This document shows, in pieces, positions 46,904-57,646 of a stretch of DNA of 64,000 nt. The position numbers were made by a program, and so were the translations under genes. A model generated the notes under the pieces. The model had not been told where the DNA came from. It saw only the letters and a list, made by a program, of their open reading frames with translations, and did no database searches. This DNA is from Malacoraja senta (taxonomy: Eukaryota). How positions within the stretch are numbered: position 1 is the stretch's first letter; each line of letters opens with the position of its first letter. The DNA lies in assembly GCA_038087875.1 (NCBI GenBank), contig JAXLNO010000170.1:62001-126000 (forward strand). The letters are read 5' to 3'.

Positions 46904-49569
46904 TGTGCCCAACTGTCCTGAAGGTTACCCCCCCCACCCCCCCCCCGATGTTGAGCGTCTACCACTCTCAACAATCAACGAATGTCGTGAAATGCTCCCC
47001 ACCTATTGGCACAAGGGACTTCTTAACATCTTGTCCTGTGTATTTGATTCAGTTATATTACAAACTGATGCTAGTGCTCAAGGATGTGGAGCTACTATAC
47101 CATCTCTAGTTGCGGTGGCAGATGGGATGTGCATGAGTTATCAATTCTTCAGTTATATGGTATCAACTATCTGGAGATACTAGGGGCATTCTATGGGTTA
47201 AAGGCTTATTGTGGGAATATGCATAATCTGCATGTTCAACTACAAATTGATAACACTACAGCGGTGGCATATATCAATCACATGGGTGCATTTCAGCTGC
47301 CTACTTGCCAGGTAGGTTCAACATGGTGGCGGGCACCAGGTCACGCAAACTTAATGACAACACAGAATGGATGTTGGATCACAAAGTATTTAACGACATT
47401 GTTGCTTGATTTGTTTGCATCCAGGCTCAATCACCAATTGCTAAAATATGTTGCATTGGAGCCAGACCCAGGGGCAGTGGCGATAGATGCATTCTAGCTT
47501 CACTGGGGAGGAATGTGCTTTTATGCCTTTCCTCCAATTTGCCTCATCAGTCGGGTCTTGCAAAAAATCCAGCAAGATTCCGCTTCAGGCATTTTGTTAG
47601 TGCCTGACTGGCCTACGCAGCCATGGTTCCCGCTGATGTCAGGAATGATAATAGAACCTTATATGGTTATTTCTAAACACAAACATTTGCGGATTCATCC
47701 CGTGACTCGGGAAGCCCACCCTCTGCATAATAGAATCAATTTATTGATTTGCAGACTCTAAAAACACCTTTCCTGAGGCTCGGGTTGTCAGCCCAAACCG
47801 TGGACGTGATCACTGCAGCTTGGAGAGATAGCACCAAGAAGCAGTACATTTCCTACATCAGGAGACAGGAAGTGTTTTGTTTAAATTCTAATATAACGTA
47901 TAATACGGCACGGATAACTGACGTCTTGGTGTTTCTTTGAAAATTATTCTTTGACAAAAGATTAAGTTATAGTGCCATTAACTGTGCCAAAAGTGCCTTG
48001 TCAGCATATTTGCTGCTGGGATCGGGACACCACTCTGTCGGGTCTCACCCTCTGATATCCAGATTCATGAAGGGTATCTTTAACACAAACCCTCCCAGGC
48101 CCAGGTACACGGAAGTATGGTATGTTAACATTGTGTTAACACTACTTCACCGGTGGGCTCCAGCTACATCCTTATCATTGGCCTGACTCACGTATAAGGT
48201 AGTTATGCTTATGGCGCTAGTTTCAGCGCAACGCGTCCAGTCATTGCATAAGCTACGGCTGGTCAGAATGGTTATATCTACCAACAAAATAACGTTCTAT
48301 GTAAATGAGCTAATTAAACATAGCAGACTGTGGGTGTTAGGTCTAAAGCTGGAATTCCGGCATAACCTATGGACCATAGATTGTGTGTTGTCACACATAT
48401 TCTTCAATATTTTAAGGCTACAAAGAACCTTAGAGGCACTGAGCTGGCAATGTTCATTTGCCACAAAAAAACACACAAGAGTGTTTCAGTGCAGACCATC
48501 TCCAGATGGTTAAGAAATGTATTGGCTTGTGCAGGAGTGAACTCTGATGTTTTTAAATCACACTCCACCAGGGCTGCAACAACATTAGCAGCGAGGTTCA
48601 TGGGGGTTCCGCTGGACCGCATCCTAGCGACAGCAGGATGGTCGAATGAGCGGACTTTCCAAACCTTTTATGATAAACCGATTGCCAGGCCGGGTTCGTT
48701 TGACAACTCAATTTTAAGTTCTGTTCAATAATTTGCGTTCCCGGATGTAGGGATCGCTATTATTATCATTTGCATCATCATGTTTTAAATCTATGTCATG
48801 TCTGAATGCATTATCTTTTCAATCATTTCTGCTCAACTAATGCAGTGTGTTGCATGGACGTGTGTTCACGGCATGAAATCACAGAGCTTTAAAGTCTTCA
48901 CGTACTCACTCACGTGACTCCGAAGTAAAATAGGAAGATTAAACGAGTACCAGTTTGAAGTTTGATCTTTATTTTATGAGGAGTTACGATGAGGGATTAC
49001 GTGCCCTCCGCTCCCAACCCTCTTCTCATAAAGGTCATGTGGTAGTTCTAGTTTCTCGAATCTTCTTATAATCAGTTCAGCAACTGTTTTCTGTGATTTC
49101 ACACTGCTGCTTTGAAGGTTGACGCGCAGGGCTGGCGGGCTTCTTCACGTAATCCCTCATCGTACCCAAAATGTCACCCATTCCTTCTCTTCAGAGGTGC
49201 TGCCTGTCCCGCTGAGTTACTGCAGCTTTTTGTGTCGTTCTTCGAGGAGAATGTTTAGTTTAGAGATACATCGTGGAAACAGGCCCCTCGGCCCACCGAG
49301 CCGCACTGACCAGCAATCTCTGCATATTGACACTATCCTACATACACTAGGGACAATTTTACATTTACATTTATACCAAGCCAATTAACCTGCAAACCTG
49401 TAGGTGTGTAAGTCTTTGGATTGTGGGAGGAAACCGATCTCGGAGAAAATCCGCGCAGGTCACGGGGAGAAAGTACAAACTCAGTACAGACATGCACCCT
49501 TAGTCAGGATCCAACCCGGGTCTCTGGCGCTGTAAAACAGTAGCTCTACTGCTGCGCCACTGTGCTGCT

Positions 49570-50065
49570 CTATTCTTCTATTTCCCTCTAATGACTGTAA
49601 TCTCTCCCACTGCCCCACTCTCTGTAATCTCTCCCTCTGCCCTACTCGCTGTCACATCTCCTGTTGCACCACTCTTTGTTGCCTGCCCCACTGCATTACC
49701 TCTCTCCCCTCTGTCAGCCATCACCCCTATCTCCATGATCTCTCTACCACTCTCTCTATTCCTCTCCATGACCTCTCTCCGTTATTCCGACACCGCTCAC
49801 CTCTCCTCATCACCTTCGCACATCTCTCTGCTGCTGACTCTGCCCCCTCTGTCACCCCTCACCCTCTTGTCACCTTTCTCCATCATCTTTCATGTTCACC
49901 AACACCCCTTTCTTTCCGAAATGCTCTGATGCCTCTCGCTCATTACTCTTTATCTCTGCTCTGTCTCCCTCTCTTTCCTCCCTCTACCCCCCTCTCTCTT
50001 CCACCATCACTTTTTCCTCTTTGTCTAGCCCCTCTCTCTCTGATGCCCTCTCTTGGTCACCTTTC
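49570..50065 (+). repeat. Degenerate C/T-rich low-complexity region
   Basis: Direct reading. Confidence 0.8.
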
Positions 50066-50159
50066 CCTCACTGATATTCCCTGATGGAAACACACATGTT
50101 GTTCTGCCTCCCTGTTTTCAGATATCCTGATCAATACTCTAGAGAGAGCAGCCATGAAA

Positions 50160-50948
50160 ATCTGGAGTAACTCAGCTGGACAGGCAGCATCTGTGGAGAG
50201 AAGGATCGAGTGATGTTTCGGGTCGAGACTCTTCTTTAGACTGGGGGTTAGGGGAAAGTGAAACAAGAAATTTAGACAGTGATGTGGAGAGATATAGGAC
50301 AATGAATGAAAGATATGCAAAAAGTAACAATGATAAAGGAAACAGGCCATTGTTAGCTGTTTGTTGGGTGAGAACAAGAAGCTGGTGCGACTTGGGTGGG
50401 GGAGGAATTGGGAGAGAGGGAATGCTGGGGTTACTTGAAGTTAGAGAAATCAATATTCATACCACTGGATTGTAAGCTGTCCAAGCAAAATATGAGATGT
50501 TCGTCCAATTTGCGTTTAGCCTCACTCTGACAATGGAGGAAGCCTAGGACAGAAATGTCAGGGTGGGAATGGGAAGGAGAATTAAAGTGTTCAGCAACCG
50601 GGAGATCAGTTAGGTCCAGGTGGACTGAGCGAAGGTGTTCAGCAAAACGATCGCCCAGTCTACATATGGTCTCGCCGATGTATAAGAGTCCACATCTTGA
50701 ACAATGGATACAGTAGATGAGGTTGGAGGAGGAGCAAATGAACCTCTGCCTAACCTGAAAGGACGGTCGGGGTCCCTGGACAGAGTCAAGGGAGGAGGTG
50801 CAGGGACAGGTGTTGCATCTTCTGCGGTTGCAGGGGAAGGTACCTGGGGAGGGGGTGGTTTTGTGGGAAGGGATGAGTTAACCAGGGAGTTGTGGGGGAA
50901 CGGTCTCTGCGGAAGGTGGAAAGGGGTGGAGATGGGAAGATGTGACTA
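50160..50948 (-). mobile_element. Penelope 3' fragment
   Basis: Reverse strand encodes GIY-YIG remnants (LLYIGET..GDRFAEHL) and the repeat's 3' end. Confidence 0.85.
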
Positions 50949-53061
50949 GTCCTCCCTCAATAGAGAGTGTTCATTCTCCTTGATTTGTAGCCTGCGGTGA
51001 CTCTACTTAATTCTCCCAGAACAAGAATGTGATTTCCCAACAAATCGTCAAAATTTACACACACACATTAATTAATCCAAGTGCATCTATGACGTTTAAT
51101 TCAAAAATTAGTTTCTATTGGAATAAGCCTTATATTAATTGCAATACAATGTCAACCAGGCCTACATGCTTTTAAATGCTGAAGCAATAATGTAGTATCA
51201 TCAGAAACAATAGTCTGTTGGAAAGTTACAGATTACATCTGAAAGAATAATGCGTAGAACACAAAGTGCTGGAGTAACTCAGCGGGTCCGGCAGCATTTC
51301 TGTAGGATGTGGACAGGTGACATTTTAAAATTGGCAGGAGAAAGCTGAAGGGATGGGGCAGGACAAAGCCTGTCAAGTATCCCCTCCCACAACTTTATTT
51401 CCAGCTTTCTCTCCCCTACTACATTAGTCTGAAGAAGGGTCCCAACCTGAAACATCACCTATCCATGTCTTCCAGAGATGCTGCCTGACCTGTTGAATTA
51501 CTCCAACACTTTGTTCTAAACAAAAATACAGCATCTGCAAAGGTCTTTATAGTCACATGTACCAATTAAGGTACAGTGATATGCAAATTTCCATACACCC
51601 ATACGAAAAAAACAACAAGACACACAACTACATAAAAGTTAACATGAACATCCACCATTCTGCGTTCCTCACTGTGATGGAAGGCAAAAAAAGTCCAATA
51701 TTGTTCCTCTTTATTCTCCTGCGGTCGGGCAGTGAACCATCCGCAATCGGGGCGATGGAAGCTCCCGCAGCCGGCGGTCAAAGCCCTCGTGTTGGGGCGG
51801 TCGAAGGTCCTGCAGCGTGGAGTTCCCAAAGTCAGTCTCTGACCAGAGACCGCAAGCTCTGTTATGTTAAGTCCGCAAACACCCACAGTTGGATGGCAAA
51901 GGGAACGCGGTCTCTGCGATGTGAAAGTCCCTTAGGCGACCGCAGTTGGAGATCTGAAAATCAGTCTCCAGAAAAGATACGGAACATAATCGCATATCCG
52001 TCGAGGTAAGAGGTTAGAAAAAGTTTCCCCCAACACCCCCCCCCCACCACATTAAACAAACTAAATAACACTAAAAACATACATTTAGCACATACAATTA
52101 AAACACAAAGAAGGAAAGGACAGACAGACTGACTGTTGGCGAGGCAGCCATTGCTGGCGCCACCTGGTGGATTCTTCGTGTCTTCAGAAAGAATAATGTC
52201 TCGTTCAGGTGAGATATAATTGTCACGCTATCGATGTTTGCCATTTATCCTATTGGTTTTGGAAGAGAAAAGTTATTAAGAATTCAATTAAAAGGGGGAA
52301 GTATATAGAAGGTAAAGGGAATAAAATTGTATTGGAAGTATAGAGCGGAAATTAAAAATTGATTACAAGTTCAAAGAACAATACAAAGTAATACTGGCAG
52401 ACAAGATTAAGAACAGGTCCAAAGCATTTTATGTTTATCCAGTAAAAGGATAAGACCCATTGGTGACCAATCTCTATGTGGAACCACGAGATGTAGTTTA
52501 GTTTTAATTTAGAGATTCAGCACGGAAACAGGCCCTTCGGCCCACTGAGTCCGCGCCAACCAGCGATCCCCGCACACTAATGCTATCTATCCTACACACA
52601 CTAGGGACAATTTACATTTATACCAAGCCAATTAACGTACAAACCAGTACGTCTTTGGAGTCTGGGAGGAACCCGGAGATCCTGGAGAAATCCCTTGCAG
52701 GTCACGGGGAGAGCGTACAAGCTCCGCACAGACAGCACCCGTACTCAAATTCGAACCAGAGTCTCTAACGCTGTGAGGCAGCAACACTACCGCTGTGGCA
52801 TCGTACCGCCCAGGGTGAAAACTTCCAGTGATAGAAGTATAGGGTGGTAATTAAAAAATGATTATAAGTGGGACACAAAAGTATCACGCGCAGACAATAG
52901 TAAGGACTTTATTATTTTATGTGTATCCAGTAAAAGGATAGGACCCATTAGGGACCCATCTCTATGTGGAACCACAGGTTTAGGTGGTCTGAAATGAATA
53001 CTTCTCCCCTGTGTAGGAAGGAACTGCAGATGCTGGTTTACACCAAAGATAGACACAAAAC

Positions 53062-53352
53062 AGAAGATATCTAAAAAGGCAATATGGGGAGAAAAGATGA
53101 GGTACGAAGGTAAGCTAGCCAAGAATATAAAGGAGGATAGTAAAAGCTTCTTTAGGTATGTGGAGAGGAAAAAAGTAGTTAAGATCAAAGTTGAACCCTT
53201 GAAGACTGAAAAAGGTGAATTTATTATGGGAAACAAGGAAATGGCAGATGAGTTGAACAGGTACTTTGGATCCATCTTCACTAAGGAGGACACAAACAAT
53301 CTTCCTGATATAGTAGTGGCCTGAGGATCTGCGGTGACAGAGGAACTGAAGG
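53062..53352 (+). mobile_element. CR1 fragment, left part (resumes at 63400)
   Basis: KSFFRYV..MADELNRYFGSIFTKED; continues GAAGG|AAATCCACATTAG after the Gypsy. Confidence 0.85.
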
Positions 53353-53396
53353 TGTAAACAACTGTACAGACACTGTCTGGTGTTTAAGTCAGCTTT

Positions 53397-56300
53397 AATA
53401 GTAAGATTAAACGAGAACTTACCAGTTTGAAGTTTGATCTTTATTTTATGAGGAGTTACGTTGGTGATTACGTGAAGAAGTCCCGCCAGAGCGCATGCGC
53501 GTCAATCTTCAAAGCAGCGATATGAAATTACAGAACAGAATATTTGAAGTAACATAGTAAGATCAGCAACATGAGAACTACCATATGACCTTTATGAGAG
53601 AGAGGGTTGGGCGTGGTCGGCACGTAATCACCAACGTAACTCCTCATAAAATAAAGATCAAACTTCAACCTGGTAAGTTCTCGTTTAATCTTACTATTTT
53701 ACATCGGAGTCGCGTGAGTGATTCCGTGAAGAGTTCAAAGCTCTGTGATTTTATGCCGCAGATTCAAATCCCGGCTTCTCACTGCAATGATTGACTTCAG
53801 ATGAGAAACAATCAATAATGCGTTAAACATGAAATTGAATATCATGCAGTAACAATTGATTTGAATAATCAAAACAAACAGTAACCCCTCTATCCCAGGG
53901 GAAACTTAAACAGAACATAATACTGAATTTGCAAACAGTCCCCGATCGGCAATCGGCCGATGGTAAAAATTGTTGAAAAAACAATTCATTTAACCACCTG
54001 GCGCCTGTAAGAATATGGTCGATGGGAACATCCATCGCCCTGGCCGCCGACATTGCTGCTGCACTAGTGGAATGAGATGTATACACGTTAGTGTTAATAC
54101 CTGCCTGAATCAACACTTGCTTTAACCACCTTGAGATAGTCTGCACTGACACTCTCTTCTGTGGTTTCTTGTAACTGATAAACAACCTGTTTCCACATTT
54201 CTTAAGGTCCTTGTAGCTTCAATATAATGTAATAAATGTGTCCTTACACATAAACATGGATCAGTAGGTTATGCTGAAAACACAATTTTAAAACCTGTGA
54301 CACCTGGCCTGCTCTGTTTGAGCAGGTCGTAAATATATAACATAACATTCTCTTCAGCCACTTCCATTCAGTCTAGCTGAAGCTTTTGCCAAATCTGCAC
54401 TCGCTATGCTGAACCAATGCCATGAGCATGACCACCTTCATGGTGAGTTTGGCCAATTCAGAGAAATGACACGAACCCACTGTCGAAGCATCTTGAGGTC
54501 CACACTTACATCCCAGATCGCCATATACCTGGGTTTAGGAGGTTTGGAGTTGAAATTCCTTTCATCAATCGAGCTATGAGGATGAAAACCCAATAGGATC
54601 TTTTCCTGACCCCATCAAAACATACGAGGACAAAGCACTTAAAGCTGTATTAGTGGTGCTATAACTGAGCCCCTCATCATAGTAGAGTGTCGACAGGAAC
54701 TCTAAAACATCCACAATACCTGCAGTACTATAGTCAATATTATTTTGTACACAATATTGCTCCCATTTTTTACATGTAATATACCGCTTTTGAGCACTCT
54801 TTCGCCAGGCTGCAGTGAGCATGTCCACCGTTCGCCCAGACAGTCCTCGCCCCAGGTATGACCTTCTTAAAACCTGCAAATTAACAAGTCAATACGGTCA
54901 CATAACGGATGACTTTCCCATGTTAGCGGATGCTCCAGTAAATTCCTACGCTTGGGAACCACCAAAGTAGGTTGGATCGCTAACTGTAACATCAAAGGGA
55001 ACCATGCTTGAGTCGGCCAATTAGATATTACAAGCACCCCCAAAGCGGCATCCTGCTTGATTTTTTTTTGCAGACTCCGACCTATGAGGCAGAATGGTGG
55101 GTAAATATATTAAAAACATACCACCCCAATGTAGCGAGAAAGCATCAATTGCAACTGCCCCCTGGTCTGGTTCCCATGAAACATATTTAGGCAGCTGGAG
55201 GTTAAACCTCGATGTAAAACAAATCAATATCTGGCATTCATATATAAGTACTATATTATTGAACACCTCCTGGTTCAACATCCAAACTGTGTTGTCATGG
55301 AACTTTCGTGACCTGGAGTCTGCTACTATGTTGAATCTACCTGGTAGATAAATAGCTGAAAACCAAATATCTTTATCAATACACCAGGCCCAAATTTGAT
55401 TAGCCAATCTGTCACAAGATACCGACTTGATTCCACCCATGTGATTAATATATATGCCACTGCCGTAGTATTGTCAATCTGAAACTGAACATGCAGGTTA
55501 CCTTTGTTTGAGCAATAAGCCATCCATAAAAAGCTCCTAAACGCTCTAAATAGTTAATTCCCCATGTCTGCAGAAGCGATGCCTCTTGCTCAGTCCATCT
55601 GCCTCCACAGCTGAAACTCGTATCCGTGGCACCCCATCCGAGTGCACTGACATTCATCTGCAAAATCATGGAAGGCTGCTCAAGCACTACCATGCTCAAA
55701 CTACTGGACACATGCTGAATACACCATTGCAAATCAGAAACAGCCTCTATTGATAACTGCATGGGTCCATTATAATGACCCGAATGTATCCTTAGTGACT
55801 CCATTAGCTTGATACAGCTGTCAATTAGCTCTACCCTTTCTCCCTGGGCAGAGTCACTACCATGTTAATTGAATCAATTGTGACCCAAATAGTCAGGTGT
55901 TAATTTGGATTTCTCTGGATGATTAATGCCCAATCTTTAAAAAAATAGATTTTTTTAACTACCACCGGTTACTTCAGCTGTTCTCTTGGATACCGCTGTA
56001 ATCAAGATATCATCGAGTTAAGCCATGAGCACCTTACCATGGCCTCTCAGCATGCGTAGTATAGGTTTTAACAATTTTGTGCCATAGTTAATCCATCCAG
56101 GTGAATTTCAAATATCTTCTATCCTGCAAATGAACAGACACTGAGTAATACGCATCTTTAAGCTCTATAGTTGCCATATAGCATCTTCTGGACCCAGTTG
56201 CTTGGCAGTGACAAATGTTTCCATCTTAAAATGTCTATATTGCATCCCCCATCCTTTTTTGTGGCCTGAGAAAAAATATTAGACACTTGCCGACCGCCGG

Positions 56301-57646
56301 TGGCTTGATCAAGCCCACCGTCTTTGCCTCGTCATCCATCTCCTTGACACGCTTGGCTAAATCCTCTCCGAAAAGTAGGTTGGCCAGCTGTATGTTGCTG
56401 GGCTGGCAGAGTGCTGCAAACTTGGGATTAATGGTGGGCCGAATGGCACGTTCCTTCAGGCAATTTATCTCAAAATGGGCGCTACAAAGCAACCCTAGTA
56501 CCTCTTGCTGCGTCTCCGACAGATGCCCTCCATCCACCGTTCTAGCGAACGCCGTGATTCCTGAGCCAAGTAGTTTCAGGATTCTCTGCAGCTTCATCTC
56601 CTGGGCACACATGCCCACGCCCATCTGGCTCCATATCACCCGGTTCACTGCTGGCACCTTCAGCAACACGCAGTTTCCCAGGTCTCCTGTTTCTTGGTGG
56701 TTCCAGACTCTGACGGGACAGCGAATCGTGCTGCCAGAGATAAGACCTCTGACAACGGCCGTCTTCGCTAGACTCGAACTCACCGTCAGAGTCGGGGTCA
56801 GAACTCAGCTGACCCTCTGCACTCGTCTTTTCAATGAGGGTGCTATCAAGCAGCCCTCTATATCGTGGAGGCCAGCTCATCTCCCAGTGGCTCTCCATAC
56901 TCTGATGGGACAGCGAATCATGCTGTCAGAGATGGGACCTCTGACAACGGCCATTCTTCGCTAGGTTGGAAGTCACCGTCAGAGTCGGGGTCAGAACTTA
57001 GCTGACCCTCTGCACTCACCTCATCCATGAGGGTGCTATCAAGCTGCCCTCTACCAGGTGCTGCCGGCGCGTCCTCTTCTGCAGCCTGTCGTCCACACGA
57101 CTTCTCCCCCCCGGAGTGTGCGTTGCTGGAGCAACCCCTGTATGAGGTGCTCCATTTGGGATAACCGTTCAAAAACGGTATCCAGCCCCGTAAGGGACTC
57201 GTCGTGGCCCGACTCAGTTGAGTCCGAGGGCCTCGCAGACTTTTCCATGGCCTTACGCCCAACTGGCGTTGGCTTTGTTCTTTGAAGCACCAAGTCTGCA
57301 GTCGCTCCGCTCCCGGTCGGCGACTGTGCAGGGGTACCAGGCAGCCGCTCACAGACCGCATTCCCATAGCTCTTCTTTGCTTTACCTGCGGCTCGCCTCC
57401 CCTCGTCGTCTCGTCCATGGTGCTCCTGGAAAAACCAACAAAGCACGGCACCACAGCAAAACAACTTCTCACTCCAGCTAAGTTTTCCCACTTAGCTGGA
57501 GTTTTAAAAACTACTTTAAAACTACTTACCACAGGAGGAGCTCTGACCTCCCGCTGGTCCGTGCGGCAATGCGTCAGACGTAATGACGCGCATGCGCTCT
57601 GGCGGGACGTCTTCACGGAATCACTGACGTGACTCCGAAGTAAAAT
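53397..57646 (-). mobile_element. DIRS-C: DIRS1-like element with internal deletion, inserted in the Gypsy 3' LTR
   Basis: Both termini bounded by AAT (ATT on -); ICR at about 53672-53732; gag, RT/RH, MT and YR remnants. Confidence 0.92.

Larger units (their letters stand above)
42778..47050 (+). mobile_element. Intact RLE-type non-LTR retrotransposon, HERO-like, with terminal direct repeats
   Basis: Single ORF; 42778-43096 repeats 46733-47050 (1 substitution, 1 indel in a C run); flanked by duplicated DIRS-A sequence. Confidence 0.9.
35108..49164 (+). mobile_element. DIRS-A: decayed DIRS1-like tyrosine-recombinase retrotransposon hosting DIRS-B and the HERO-like element
   Basis: Left terminus ATTTTACTTCGGAGTCACGTG; gag; RT (IDLKDAYYSVP); RNase H (QTDAS); MT-like (DAF..FPP); YR (HSTRAA..GWSNE.TF..FY, 48369-48731); ICR at about 48895-48950; right terminus truncated at about 49164. 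Confidence 0.9.

Noticed and set aside
46870..46925. Box C/D snoRNA (TGATGA..CTGA)
   Set aside because: No terminal stem or plausible guide; the motifs are better explained by the hammerhead core and k-turn.
56715..57050. Internal tandem duplication in DIRS-C gag (similar at 38040-38260 in DIRS-B)
   Set aside because: Real, but ordinary variation in a low-constraint gag region.
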